Shown here in pieces: positions 34,508 to 48,256 of a DNA stretch of 64,000 nt. The notes below the pieces were generated by a model. The model searched no databases, was not told the origin of the DNA, and saw nothing but the letters and a program-made list of their open reading frames with translations. The stretch is taken from assembly GCA_030704615.1 (NCBI GenBank), contig CM060733.1, forward strand, positions 71,796,001 through 71,860,000, written 5' to 3'. The DNA is from Takakia lepidozioides. Lineage: Eukaryota; Plantae; Bryophyta. Both the position numbers and the translations under genes were made by a program. Numbering within the stretch: the stretch's first letter is position 1; each line of letters starts with the position of its first letter.

Positions 34508-35820
34508 ATGTGGTGAGGGGACCTTCTTCTTCGACCTATTTCAGCCTATTTTGCCCTCTCATCAGACTCGCCCCTGAATTTGCAGCACGGAGCAGAGCTG
34601 GCATGAGTTTTCTAAAGATCTTTCACGTGGACAACCGCAATCGCAAGGTGTGGCTTTTTCTTAATGTACGATGTGAAGAAGTTTGTCCATCTTGCAAATG
34701 TGGGCTCTTGGCTCCAGTTAGTACCATGATTTGGTATTCTTCCTGATGTTTACAAGGTTCTTGGGAGAATCAGCTTGGTCTTAGCAGGCCATGTTTCAAT
34801 CTCTGCCCGCTCAGCTGCACCGAGGTGGTTCTCACTAACCAATCCAACATTACCTGACTACAGACACAAGCAGCACACACAAGAGGTATTCTTGGGTTCA
34901 TGGTCAGTCAAATCCTCCATGGGTCATGACACAAGGTCGAGGACAGTGTGGTGAGGGCACCTTCTTCTTCGACCTATTTCAGCCTATTTTGCCCTCTCAT
35001 CAGACTCAGCCCTGAATTTGCATATTGAATTCTCTAAGTTAGCTCATTGGGTGGATCTGTGGTGGTTTGGAGTGACTTTGACAGGTTACTGTCGATGTGG
35101 CAGCAGGAAAGTACCCAAAAACAGATAACAAAGATGAAGAGAAACTTTGGAATGAACACATTTCCAACCGCGGTCAATGGTGGGACAATGGAGACAAAAA
35201 GGTGAGTGCTTGTTCGACTACAGATAGAAGCAGTTGCAATTCAGAATTGGAACTACTGTTATAAGTAGGGTTGGGGTGTTTGCAGGAAGAACTTTACGCC
35301 GTCAGTGTCAGTTGCTAGCAGCAAGGCTAAGGGATGTATTCATGATTTGTACACGGGGCAGGGATAGCTGAGGGACTAGGGGATAGAGGTCCAGATTCAT
35401 GTTCAGGTTGAAGCTGAGGGATCAATAGCTACAAGAAATCTGCTAGAGTAGATGGTCAAGTGGAAACAGCAGCGGCAACAACACAATTGATAGAACAAAG
35501 TACTGCTAATGAAGGCACCTTCCTCAACACATTTCAGCCTGTTTTTCCCTGTTATCAGAGTCGTCCCTAAATTTCCATGTTGAATTCTGCAAATTAGCTC
35601 GTTGGTGGATCTATGGTGGTTTTGGAGTGATTTTGACATGTTACTGCCAATGTGGCAACAAGAAAGTATCGAAAAACAGATAACAGAGACGAGGAGAAGC
35701 TTTGATGAATATGTTTCCGACCGCAGTAAAGGGTGGAACAATCAAGGCAAAAAGGTGAATGCCTGTTGGAAGCGCAAGTCAGCATAAGAACTAGTGTGAT
35801 AAGTAGGGTTCAGGTGTTTG
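34508..35820. repeat. Internal direct duplications within the CACTA element
   Basis: 34508-34585 resembles 34947-35021; 35025-35282 resembles 35580-35820. Confidence 0.75.
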
Positions 35821-36378
35821 CCTAGTTGACTGGAGGACACCCCTGAGAAAATATTGAAGTCCTTTATTTCCCAATGTTAGGAATGCTAATCTTGTCCAGA
35901 TTTTGTTGTAGTGTCCCACATACGCAAAGCATTGGATTGCACTAGTTATTTCTAAATAGAGTCCTTGATTCTAGTAGTACTAGAACTGTAGTATTACTAC
36001 AACACTTCAGCCATGTGTGGGCTTGCTTATTTTTCGCTTCAAATAGCAATTGAGGCTTGCATTTTTGGACCTTGTAGCCTTTGAGGTGTCCATTGAGACA
36101 TTTCTCTCATTTGGATTTTGGTAATATGATTTACAGGGCTTCTACTCCCCTATAACTCTCTATTTTAATTCTCATTGCGTACGTTGCAATATGCAAAAAA
36201 AATACTTGGTTCCATTCTGTTTTATATTGGAATTTTCACAATGTAATGAAGAACTTCAATTATTTAATCAATTTATATTTTTAAGAGAAATTATTAAATA
36301 AAAAATTAAAACAATGGTAATTATTTGAAAAAACCTTTTGATGACACGTGTCAATCATAACACATGTATCCCGGGAGT

Positions 36379-37242
36379 TGCTACCCAAAGTCATATATGT
36401 CAGTCATGGACACTCTTATTTCCGCTCTTCTCTATATGAAATCTGGCAGAGGCACGTGTTGCCCGACTAGAACTCCTTGATCGCGCTGACATAGACTACT
36501 TTAGTCATAAAACCCAGTCGTGGCCCATGACTATGAGCAGGCAGCTGATGTGCCACGTCAACAGACAGCTGCACAACTGGCCTTTGTACCTTTAGGATCC
36601 ACGTGGTGGTGTTTGCCAAAGCACACGTGGCCCTTGAAACTTGCACAAGCTGTGAAAACAGCCAGTCAATCATCTCACACCGAATGGCTTTTACCACACC
36701 CACATGTCATGCCAGATGTCCACTCTACATAAATGCACATCGCCTCGTCGCAGCCATACACGTGTCGTCCTCACAAAAATACACGTGTTTTTCATACCAT
36801 TGCCCAGATGTCGTCAAACCCTGCTGACTGGCTGTCGCACAATTTTCCCGTAGGTGTGGACAAGCCCACACCTTTTGTACCTTTAGGATCCACGTGGCGG
36901 TGTTTGCCAAAACACACGTGGCCCCTGAAACTTGCACAAGGTGTGAAAACAGCCAGTGGATCATTTCACACCGAATAGCTTTTTTCACACCCACATGCAA
37001 CATGTGGAAAAAGCCAATGTGGATTTTTCCATAGGGCCATCCGAGAGCCAGGCCGTCCACGGGCTGTCCGAAAGCACTAGTCGTTCCTTACACCCACGGC
37101 AGGTGTGGACTGGGGCACATTCCACAGCAAAAAGTGTGGAAAAAACCGTGGAAAAACCCGTTTACTCTTCTAGTGATTTACGACCGCATGTCACTTACGG
37201 CTGAAATGTCACAACTGACATGGCTTTTTTCATTGGGTAGTG
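36379..37242. mobile_element. Possible nested CACTA-type non-autonomous element with an internal ~300-bp duplication
   Basis: TGCTACCCAAAG at the left and CATTGGGTAGTG at the right; flanks AGT/AGA are an imperfect match; 36581-36710 resembles 36872-37000. Confidence 0.45.
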
Positions 37243-37629
37243 AGACAATCATAAATAGCTCTTATAACTACAAAACAACAGTCATAAAAGCCTGAATCTG
37301 TTGTAGTGGGCTACAAACTCGGTGCATAGGTTTTTTATGTATCACTAGAAGATACAAACGGCAGAGGTGCAGAGATAAGGCAAGGAAGGCCAAGTGGGAC
37401 GATTAACCTCCTCCAGAACAACAACACAAGGGCATTTTCAGGGAAAATATTTTTTGTGTGGACGGTAACCATCGGTTACTAGTGTGGATGGGCTACATCG
37501 ATAGGATGCATTCCAATGACAAAGAGAGACATCGCGTGGTAGAGGCGATGGTCCTGGACCCAACGAACGACATTGCATGCCTTCTAACTACGATGCATGA
37601 CATTGACAAGTGAGTATTCAGCTCACACC

Positions 37630-37825
37630 ATTGACAACCAGCGTGTAGCCCAGTGGTAAGGGCACATACCCTCTCACGAGTGGTTGTGCGTTCAATCCAC
37701 CTGTTGGAAGTCATTACGGTGTCCACGTTCCCACCGGAAGGCAGTAGCCATATGGGGTCAAGTGACACTATAAGTTACGCTTGCTTCGGCAACGCGTCCA
37801 CCTTTTCTTTTTCTTTTTTCTTTTT
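37630..37825 (+). mobile_element. tRNA-derived SINE
   Basis: A-box TAGCCCAGTGG (~37646), B-box GTTCAATCC (~37690), T-rich tail, TSD TTCAGCTCACACC at 37617-37629 and 37826-37838. Confidence 0.85.
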
Positions 37826-39159
37826 TTCAGCTCACACCTCCTTGCCTTCAGCACAACATTCTGTTCTTGCCTTCATGTTTGCATTCTGTTCATGCCTCCA
37901 CACTCAAGACTTTTAAGGCTTTGTTTCGGTTTATGAACAGGGGAACAGAGATGTCTCGCATGTGACAACCAACCTGGTCCACACACATTACCAAATTCAG
38001 AGAATTGGCTAGATGAATCTGGCCGAGTTCAGGACTGTTCTTGCACCAGAGGTCTTGAAAAAATGCGAGAGTGTCAAAGGCTCTGGCACATAGTATTCCC
38101 TGACAAGGGATGCATTCTTGGAGTACATGTACACAGTAAGGTGCCCTCAACCTCGCCTCTTTCTTCCCTTACAGAATATTACACAACAGCAGAGGAGATG
38201 AGGACTGCAAATGGCGTAGAATTGGCTATTACCAGGGAGATGGAGTCCCAAAGAAAATAGTTTCTGTCTGGGTTCATGAAATAGCTCAGAAATTGCAGAC
38301 CCAATTTTTGGCCCGGAATTCCTTGGACAGATTAAAGCACATTACGATAAGCTCGCGAAGCCTGAGATGACCTAGGAGAAATTGCACATGCTCTTAATCT
38401 CAGACAAAGTGAGGTGGTTGAAAATCTATAATTTCGATCCCACAGTTAAATACACCAACATGTTCCCGAAAAATAGTAAAGAGTTTGGTTTGAAGCTGAA
38501 CGGTTTCAGTGACCAGGTTTTTGACAACTGGCTTCACAAAGCGACTTTCTGGAGTCAGGTAATAGCGCATTCTTTGTTGTTTTCTCATGCGTTACGTTCG
38601 TTCTTTTAGGAGTCTTTGTTTTTGTTTGACGATATTTTGGCAGCTGGGAAAAAAAGCTATCATCGTTTTCTATAAGCAGCTGAAGTACCTCAACATCCAC
38701 ATAAGTAGACCTGATGTCAATTTGGAGGCTTACATTTGGAAGTGGAAATGACTGATTTGGAGGCATTGTTTTTTCCGAGGGTTTGCCAACGAAGGGGGGA
38801 TTTCCAGGTCGAACAATTTTGACAGGCAGTTTTAGGGCGAGTTAGCCATGCTCAGGGTCGTATATAAGTAATTTCATTCCAATTCCATTTACTTGTTAGA
38901 GTCAAACCCATAAACCCTCATTCCACAATACGTGCTAATTACTACTATACTATACCTGTTTCTTGTAATGTTAACCCCTAAAATACACATAAATATTTTT
39001 TCTTAATATCCCTTAATGTATGTATATAATGCATATGGGGGTAATTAAAAATATCCCTTTGACCTCATTCATGAGGCCCATGAATGTGGCTGGGGCATTG
39101 GTGAGACCAAATGACATAACCATGTATTCAAAATGTCCATACCTAGTGCGGAAAGCGAT

Positions 39160-40003
39160 CACTACAACAGATCGCGGTATTTATGACTGTATATATGACT
39201 ATTCTGAAGTCATAAACGGTACATATGACTTCTATGACTGTAAGTCGTGCAAACCAAGTGAATACAATGAGTACAACGGTCTGGATGACTACAGTCAGAT
39301 GAACCAAGTGATATCTCTCACTGCAGTCATATATATCATTATATTGCAGTCGTCGCTGTCGCGCCACGTGGCGAGGCGTAATTGATTAAAAATTAAATTA
39401 AATTAAAAAAAACTAGAAAAATTAAAAACATATGTCGGACGCCGCGTTGCACCGCATTGTGCCACGTGGCATAATGTATTTTATAATAATGAAAAAACCA
39501 CGTGGCAGCCCATCTAGGCTACCACGTGCTATCCTTAGCTCGCCTACTAACCCTAGGGCCATCTTATCCATTTGACTGTTCTTAGAGGAGTTTGAACCTG
39601 CAACCTCTTCTCTATAAGAGTTATAGTTCACTACCTGCTAACCAATACACCCATTAGTCATTCCTGTGATCATATGGTGTTTTAATTGTATTATACACAT
39701 CAAATTACAAAATCCCTAGTAGTCATCATGACTATGTAATCTCATCCATGTACACTGTAGTCATGGAAATGACTATGAATGGTGAGCTAAATCTGGTCAA
39801 TTGCCGTTGACTAGCCTTCCGCCCATTCCGGAGCCATGTAGTCATACAGACGACTACTTGGATAGTCGTTCATATGATTACAGTCGTATGAACGACTGCG
39901 GAAGGTCAATTTCATATAAAAACATGGTGCAGTCATGGTCAAAGTCAAGAAAACCATGACTACCACGGTTTGGCAGTCATAACTACCGCGATCTGTTGTA
40001 GTG
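39160..40003. mobile_element. Non-autonomous CACTA element (844 bp) inserted in RT
   Basis: Perfect 20-bp TIR CACTACAACAGATCGCGGTA; TSD GAT/GGT (1 mismatch); subterminal ATGACT/AGTCAT repeats. Confidence 0.92.
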
Positions 40004-43000
40004 GGTCTTATATACATCTTCATCAGCGACTCGAATTTGGTTGTATTCACTCCTCAAATCAAGCTTCGTAAAGTATTTTGCTCATTGCAGTTGGTCAAAT
40101 AGATCGTCCATGCGTGATAACAGATACTTGTTCTTCATTGTCTGCTGGTTGAGTGCTCGATAATCAATGCACATGCGCATTGTTCCATTTTTTTTCTTCA
40201 CAAATAACACCGGTGCTCCATACGGGGATACACTTGGTCTTCTAAAGCCTTTTGATAGTAGGTTCTCGACTTGAGCCTTACATTCTTCCAACTCGTTTGG
40301 TGCTAATCGATAAGGGACTTTACAAGAATGAGTACTACTTGGAATAACCTCAATTTTATGATCTACTCTTCTCTTTGGCAGAAGCCGTGCTGGTAGGTCA
40401 TCTGGAAAAACATCTTTGAACTCTTTCAATACACTCTGTAATTCTATAAGGACCTCACTCATGTCTTTTTTTGGATTTTCCACGTCTCTTATTAAACCTA
40501 CAAATAATACATCTTTCTTACATATATCTGTAGTACCTATAACAAATGATGGTAGGTTTTGATATGGTGTCATCACTCGATCTCCCCCTAATATTACGTC
40601 ATATCGAGTCAGTCTGACCACTCGCCATTCTAAGATTTCTCTATATTTACCAATCGACAACTCTATGTTTTTAGGTAGTGTCTCAATGGCCTCTATATGT
40701 CCATTTGACATTTCTACATCCTCTCTTTCATCATTTTCTAAGGGGAGTCATAGTTTCAAGGCAGCCATTCTAGGTAAGAAGTTTTCTGTTGCCCCAGGGT
40801 CTATCAACACTCTCACATGAATACCTTCCAAGGTTCCATCTGCCACAATTAACTGCATCTCTTTCTTGCCCGCATGATTGATTTGTCTCTTCTCCTTGTA
40901 GGGCCCCTCGCCTTTCCTCTTCTTTGTAGAACCAGTAAGACCGCAAGGTCTACTTACTGGTTGTCCTCATTTTCCTGCTCATTGTGATATTCGTTATCTT
41001 CTCATCTCCTTAAACTGTTAAGAGGTCTTCGATAAATTTGTCGATTGTATCTTCCACTTCGGCAATTGGCCGCAAGATGTCCGTATCTTCCACAGTTATA
41101 ACATTGTCTCGTTTCCATTTGTCCTTCTGTTCGTGAGAATATTGAGGAGGTCACATCCTTGTCATTCAATTTCATTCGCCGTTGTGTGTTATCTTCTCCA
41201 TATCTGATTGCCGGCCTATTTCTTTGAGAGTATTGGAAGTTATCCCGTCTTCGAAGATTTCCAAGCTCCATAGGCGTTGGTCCGTATTGGTTCAATAGAA
41301 CGTATATACCTTCATCATACCTTCATCTTGGTAGCGTCCCTTTAATCTTTTGGGCCAATGAAATTGTTTCGTGGACATCAACCGGGTTGCGTAAAATTAC
41401 CTCTCCTTGAATTTTATTCTTCAATCCTCTTTTGAAGTTGTCTAAAGTTTCTGCACGACTCATGTCTTCGATTTGGACCTGAAAATTCAAAAAATCTTCA
41501 ATGTAATTTTGCACAGTCCCGCGTTGTTCCAAATTCCATAATTTCATTCGAGCAGTTGTAACAGCATCTACTGCCTTGAATTATTGGAGCAGTCCTGCTT
41601 TCAAGGTGCTCCATAGTAAAGGTTTTCCTTTTGCAATTTGTCTTCTCTCCCATTATTGTAACCATGTTGAAACATTGTCGAGTAGAAAAGATCGTATGAA
41701 CATTCCGTGGTCCAAATCGCTTGATGTAGGGAAATATGACAGATGTACCTCCATTCGATAAATACTCCCATGACGCGACTTCTTTTATACGGCTCAACCT
41801 TGTACGTCTTGGTCATCTTTTGCAGTAACGTATTCGACCCATCAGCAACCAGTCCTGGGGCGGTTGATTGTCTCACTTGTTTAAGCTCTTCCATCAACTC
41901 GTTGTTTTGTTGTTAGGTCGTGACAAGAGCATTTTGCAATTCGTGTAAGCGCTCCATTATCCACACCGTCTGATCATTGGCTTGATGAGTAGTGTGTGCG
42001 TTTTCCTTCATTGTCCGCCATCTTGCTCCACTACTCATTCCTTCGTGGTGTTTGTCTTCTAAAATTAATGTATATTATCTCTATTCTCTTATAGTATGTA
42101 AATAGTGTCCCAAACCATCCCGTACGTGACTATTGGTAATACAAAAGGGACATTTGAACTCATGACAAGGTTCATGAATTCTACTCCAAATTCTGCAACT
42201 AAAAATCTTACAAGATGATGTTTGTCGATGGCGCGCACATTGATACTAAATACATTTGGCGGTGAAAAGTTAGGCGGAAAATATCTACCTCGATCCATGG
42301 ACTATGTATATACATATGTATACATTTCAATTTCTAATTATAGGAAAGACGACAGGTTGTGGGTTTTGTAACACTTCTTTATATCGTTCCTCTCCAAATG
42401 TCTGTACTATCATATCTCTAATTTCTGTCTTACGACGACATATAATTTTAAACTCACACTCTGAAGAAAAATCACGGAAAATGGGTTGATTTAAGTCCAT
42501 AAAATTTTTATACTATCGTTATGACGCAACATCACTACTATCTATTTAATATTTAAAAATATTAACAACAATTTTTTTTAAAAAAAACATCTTAATCGAA
42601 TCTTCCTAAAGAGGGTATTCACTCCTAACTTTAAGAAAGACTAGGCTCTGATACCATTGTAACATCCAGGATCTACACAAACTATGTTGCGCACCTCACT
42701 TCGGTAAGCTCCCCCTCAAGTCATAGTTACTCGCTTTGATGCGCGCGCCTGACTCCCAACCTGGCCGTCGGGCCAACTTGGAGCTTCGGCTGCTCACCGG
42801 GGCATAACGGTCCCCCTTTGTTCTCCCAAAGAACCCTCCACCGCTTTGGAACCAGCGGGAATTCCCTTTTGTAGTTGGCAGTCCGGAACAGCTCCCCACT
42901 CTTTGGTCGCTTTCCGGCTCGCTCGCTTACTCACTAGTTTTTGGTCACCAACGGGCTTGCACCGTTCTCGGGGTTACTACTCCCTATATATACTTCTGTA

Positions 43001-44316
43001 GCTGTCCGCGGGGGTTTCACAACCTGCCATGCCATTTTATGGCGAACCACCACGAAGACCCTCGATTCCCGGTGGTGAGTCGCGGTGAGTCTTGGCCCAC
43101 TCACCGCGGCCCCAATGGACCGTGATGAGTCCCAAGACTCCCCACGACTCCCACCTCGAGGTCTCCACCCCATGGTGAGTCCTATGCCACCCCCACTAAG
43201 TCCCGCTAAGCTACCACCACCCCTTGTGGAGCCACCCCCACCGCAACCCGGTGTGCGGGGCTCCACCTAGTGAGCGCCTCCGCCTCCTTGAGTGCCTTGG
43301 GCACTCAAGGGTGCTTCAGCCCCCGTACATATCGCTGCTACTGCCCCCACCACAGGGGCAACCCCTCTTGTGTCCCAACCTCCCCTGCCCTCAAGGCAAA
43401 AGGCCGCGACACACACCCCTACCAACAGGGAGTCGATGTCCTCATCGACTTGTCCATTTTGTAGAAACGAACATCCAAGTTGTAGCGTCCCACATCAAGG
43501 AGTTTGTTTCCGTACCATGGCGTCCCATGGCAAAGAACCAAACCCCACACTTGACTCTACTCTCCACTAGCTAGTTCGGCCGACTTCCTCCAAGTCCCGG
43601 CCATGGGTGGAGCCTCTCCAGCTCCTCCCAGTGCACTCTTCTTGGCCTACTTCAAGGCCAAGGAACGATCCTCCCCGAGGATCTAATCGCCTTACTGCAA
43701 CAACATTGCTTGCGATCGCTCATGATGCCGCTTTTGGCATCACCTTGAGCAAGGGTTCACTTGGAACCCTCTTTGACTAGGAAGATAACCTTGAACCAAC
43801 CGTGCGCCCCAATCACTACAATTGGGTCCGCCTTGGAATGCTGGCCTGAGGTACGGGAACACGCCGAAGCCGCACTACGACTTCGTCCCGAGGCTACACG
43901 ATTATAGTACGTGAACGGAAGCACGTAGCTTCCGCGTTAGCCCGCACTACAAGGCAACCCCCTCGGTAGCGCAGTTATAGTACGCGCATGTGCCAGGTGC
44001 GCACTAGCACGTGAACTCCCAAAGAAGGCGCTAGTTTCCTTGCCCCTTGGATGGGGGTTACCCGATTTCGGCACTACGCAAACACACGATTAACCCAATT
44101 TACCTCTCCCACTTTTATAAGCTAGCATGCATTCTACACACTAGCCAACCATACCATGCATCACCATTCCAAACAAAATAGGACGCACAACATTTGGAAT
44201 CCATTTCATTTATAGCACGTTTTGTACAATACAAGTTTTTGCAATCGGATTCCTAAGCTAGCTAAACCGGGCTAAGCATGCATTTCCTCCCCCGCGCTCC
44301 AAGGTTGATGTCCCCA

Positions 44317-45470
44317 TCAACGCTTCTTCCGCTTTTTAGGTCGCCCTTCAAAAGCTGCAACCGCCTCGGATGCGTTTTCCATTTCTGAGGCACGCACCCA
44401 AGATGCCTCCACAAGATGATAGCCCTTCCATTTGACGAGATACTCCGTTTCTCGGTTCTTGAACCTCCTCGACTTAAGTATTGCCTCCACCTCGTACTCA
44501 GGTTCATTTTCATTATCCAACAGCATAGGTGGCGGACGCAACACTTGATGCCGATTCGGGCGCGCTTCATCTTTGAAGTAAGGCTTCAAAAAGGAGACAT
44601 GGAATACTGGGTGCACCTTGCTGTTTGCCGGTAGCTCCAATTCATACACATCCTCATTCATAACCTTCCGAATGCGAAAAGGTCCCGCATACGGAGGTAC
44701 AAACTTCGGACTCACTTCCGGAGGTAGTCGGAAATTCTTGATGTTCAACCAGACCTCCGTGCCTGCCTCAAACTTCACTTCCCTCCGCTTCCGATTCGTC
44801 TGCCTTTCATACCGTTTCCTAGCTTTGGCAATGTTGTACTTTGCGAGCTTCAACAAACGCTCGCGTTCTTCCAGTACCGCCGCTACTGCCGGTTCCTCAA
44901 CGTCCTGGGCGGCCCAACTTGTCGGCACCAGAGGTGCTTTTCCATAGACCAATACGAAAGGAGAAACTCCCGTTGCGGAGTGTTCTGTGTTATTATAACA
45001 GAACTCTACCGCGTCTAAGTGTTCCATCCAGTCTGTTTGGTCTGCCGACACGTAATTCCGCAAGATCTGCTTCACTACGGAATTCACTCTTTCTGTTTGG
45101 CCGTCGGTCGTAGGTCGGAAGGCGGTGCTCATCTTCAGCCTCGTCCCTATCTTTTTTCAAAGTGTTGTCCAGAATTTACTCGTAAACTTTGGATCGCGGT
45201 CCGAGACAATATCCTTCGGGACTCCATGATGCTTTAAGACGTGGGCGAAGTAAAGTCGCCCTATCTCCTGCGCCATTGCTGTCTCCTTGGTGGGGATGAA
45301 ATGGCCCATTTTACTGAACCTATCCACCACCACCATGATTGCATCGAATCCTTTTGACAACGGCATAGCAGTAATGAAATCCATCGAGACGCTTTCCCAA
45401 GTCCCCTCTGGAATCGGCAAGGGTTGTAACAGCCCCGCTTGCTTTTTTACTCGCTCCGGTTTTGTTGGCA
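44317..45470 (-). pseudogene. Integrase with C-terminal chromodomain (one internal stop)
   Basis: WESVSMDFIT, IVSDRDPKF, TDGQTERVN, GPF motif, EYEVEAIL..EYLVKWKGY..SW. Confidence 0.93.
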
Positions 45471-46408
45471 TGTGGTGCGTGTGAAGGCCCTCCCTTCGAT
45501 TTCCACGTGCCATTGTCGCCGCGTGGCCTATCCCACTTCTTTTCCGGTCGGAAGGAGTCACCTTCCCGCCGGGTCTTCTTGTGGTTCAGCTCCGTACGGC
45601 CTTGTCTCTCACCCCTAGGGACATCCGAGAAACATTCAGCCCTCTCAATTGCCTCGTTCAAAGTCTTGGGTGGCTTCTCCTCCAACTTCCGCCTGGCCCA
45701 TGGGGCCAGTCCCGCCACAAAGTTGAAGACCATTTCTGGTTCTGCCATGTCCGCGACTTCGAGCAACAGCACATTGAAAGCCTGGACATACCCCCGAATG
45801 TCATCTGTTTGCTTCAAATTCCTCATCTTGTCCCGGGCAAGCCATGACGCGTTGAGGGGCACAAACTGTCTCTTCATCAATTCCTTGAACCCACTCCAGT
45901 TCAAGGTTTCCGGGCTTGGGCCTCGGTCGTGAAGGCGTTTCTGCCACCATTGTTGAGCATAGCCCCTCAAATAGGTGGGAGCCACTTCCACCCGATCCTC
46001 GTCACTCAACTTGGCCGCCCGGAAGTACTGCTCTAGCTCCAGGAACCAGGTGTTGAGTGCCTTCCGATTTCGAACGCCCTCGAAGGTGCCGGGTTCCTTA
46101 GGCTTCACCTTAAACTTTGCCTTAGTGGAAGTGGCATTAGCCGCCTTCAACACGTCTTTCAACGTCCCGCCAAACTGCGCCAACAACCCTTCCCAAAAGG
46201 CTGCCGGCATGGGAGGCATCTCTTGGTTTGTCGGAGCTCTCAAGGATTCCTCGGGCTCCGACTCCTCGGATTCCTCCCGCTCTTGAGCGGCCTCGTTTTC
46301 GGAAACATTCATCGCTTCCTCAAACGGCTGCCTCGGTGACCCGTCGGGCTCACCAGGATCATCATCTTTTGGGCCGTTCCACTTTCGCTTTGGCTTGCCC
46401 GACCCCAT
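45470..46408 (-). pseudogene. Retrotransposon gag, zinc knuckle deleted
   Basis: ORF 45320..46462: PGTFEG..WF..YLRGYAQQWW..LKQTDDIRGYVQAF. Confidence 0.9.
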
Positions 46409-47984
46409 GATGAGGCCAATCCCAAGGACGATCACGTACTGAACTCTAAGCTCTGATACCAAGTGTCGCGCACCTCACTTCGGTAAGCTCCCCCTCAAGT
46501 CATAGTTACTCGCTTTGATGCACGCGCCTGACTCCCAACCTGGCCGCTGGGCCAACTTGGAGCTTCGGCTGCTCACCGGGGCATAATGGTCCCCTTTGTT
46601 CTCCCAAAGAACCCTCCACCGCTTTGGAACCAGCGGGAATTCCCTTTTGTAGTTGGTAGTCCGGAACAGCTCCCCACTCTTTGGTCGCTTTCCGGCTCGC
46701 TCGCTTACTCACTAGTTTTTGGTCACCAACGGGCTTGCACCGTTCTCGGGTTACTACTCCCTATATATACTTCTGTAGCTGTCCGCGGGGGTTTCACAAC
46801 CAGCCATGCCATTTTATGGCGAACCACCACGAAGACCCTCGATTCCCGGTGGTGAGTCGCGGTGAGTCTTGGCCCACTCACCGCGACCCCAATGGACCGT
46901 GATGAGTCCCAAGACTCCCCACGACTCCCACCTCGAGGTCTCCACCCCATGGTGAGTCCTATGTCACCCCCACTAAGTCCCGCTAAGCTACCACCACCCC
47001 TTGTGGAGCCACCCCCACCGCAACCCGGTGTGCGGGGCTCCACCTAGTGAGCGCCTCCGCCTCCTTGAGTGCCTTGGGCACTCAAGGGTGCTTCAGCCCC
47101 CGTACCTATCGCTGCTACTGCCCCCACCACAGGGGCAGCCCCTCTTGTGTCCTGACCCCCCCTGCCCTCAAGGCAAAGGGCCGCGACAAACTAGAATAGA
47201 AGTACTTCTCAACTTTTTCCCAAAACAACTCGATGCCTTCTAGGCTTTCATTGCAGGTTTATATACCCTTCACAATATGATTATTTTAAAGGTTTGACTT
47301 GAGAGCCTCAAGTCAAAACTTCCTAAAGTCAACCTTCCTAGGTTTGACATATTCTCCACAATATGACTTTATCAAAGATTTGACCTACTCTCCATAATAT
47401 GAATATCTTAGAGTTTGACTTAAAGGCCTCAAGTCAAACTTCCTTAAGTCAAACTTCTTAGGAACCTTCATAATTATTCTGGAAACTTCTAGGGAACTTT
47501 CCTTCTTCATCTAGAACCTTCTAGATTCTACCTTGTTACAAGTGGATTTGTCTTCAACTTCTATCACTCTTCATAGAGAGTTCTAGAATAGTGAGCGAAG
47601 TGAACATTTTGTTTTACCATTTTTCTTTGATCCAAATTTTTGCAAGGATGCACAGGTGTGAGGGTTGAATACACAGAACAAAATTGACCCAGAAACAATA
47701 TCATTGCGTGGCAGAAACCCGCAATCACAGACATTCTAAGTCTAGTTATTAAATTAAAATTCAAGAAAATCGAGTTAATTCAAAATTATTTAATGGGGGA
47801 GTGCGTCGTTAGGGGGGCAAATGGTTTGTTTTTCTCTTGAATATCTGCGCATGTGTTGCACACATATTCAAGCACATGCGGGCTAAAGTTGAGCGTGAAC
47901 CACATCCGTTCATCGATGCAATAGGCGTTCACGCATGAGAGGATTTTTTTTTCGCAGTGAGCAAAACTGGATGACATGTGAACG

Positions 47985-48256
47985 CGCCGTTGGCCCATTG
48001 AACAAAATTCATTTCATCTCATATTACTTCGGGACGTATGAGACGGTATTTTGAAGACGGTGCGGAAATTTCAAAGCCAACGAAAATCATTTGGATGGGC
48101 ATCCATCCGTTGGCCCATTGAACAAATTTCGTTTCATCTCATATTACACTGGGACCCGTCTTATGGTATGTGGAACATACTGGCCTGAAGTTTGAAAACA
48201 AACAAAACTCATCTGGATGGGCAACCGTGTGTTGGGCCATTGAATGAATTTCGATT
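47985..48256. repeat. Diverged ~120-bp tandem repeat, 2-3 copies
   Basis: CCGTTGGCCCATTGAACAAA at ~47987 and ~48107, with a variant at ~48230. Confidence 0.65.

Larger units (their letters stand above)
34060..37308. mobile_element. Non-autonomous CACTA element (3.25 kb)
   Basis: TIRs CACTTCAACAAATT and (reverse complement) CACTACAACAGATT; 3-bp TSD GGC at 34057-34059 and 37309-37311; splits the ParB exon cleanly. Confidence 0.92.
33780..38870 (+). pseudogene. Decayed third copy of the ParB-like gene (family B relative), interrupted by a CACTA element and a SINE
   Basis: HYLDKAKELMSYQKVN..IPLCRMISMPVVRPP..FAHG (33875-34059) resumes as GYKLG..DGNHRLL (37309-37610); later FDNWLHKATFWSQ and AMLRVVYK; several stop codons. 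Confidence 0.88.
42685..47188 (-). mobile_element. Chromovirus-type Ty3/gypsy element, both LTRs present, internally deleted (no PR/RT/RH)
   Basis: LTRs 42685-43411 and 46464-47188 (TG..CA); 5-bp TSD AACTA; PBS 46450-46461; purine-rich tract adjacent to the 3' LTR. Confidence 0.95.
39050..47540 (-). mobile_element. Degenerate Ty3/gypsy element (5' LTR, PBS, gag, protease, partial RT), 3'-truncated, with two nested insertions
   Basis: LTR TGTAACA..TGTTACA split as 42658-42684 plus 47189-47540; iMet PBS TGGTATCAGAGC at 42645-42656; CYNCGRYGHLAANC; VLIDPGATENF; [11 protein letters not shown]; [12 protein letters not shown]. Confidence 0.88.

Noticed and set aside
35895-36010. Extra CACTA-like ends (TTGTTGTAGTG, TACTACAACA)
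   Set aside because: No convincing partner terminus or TSD
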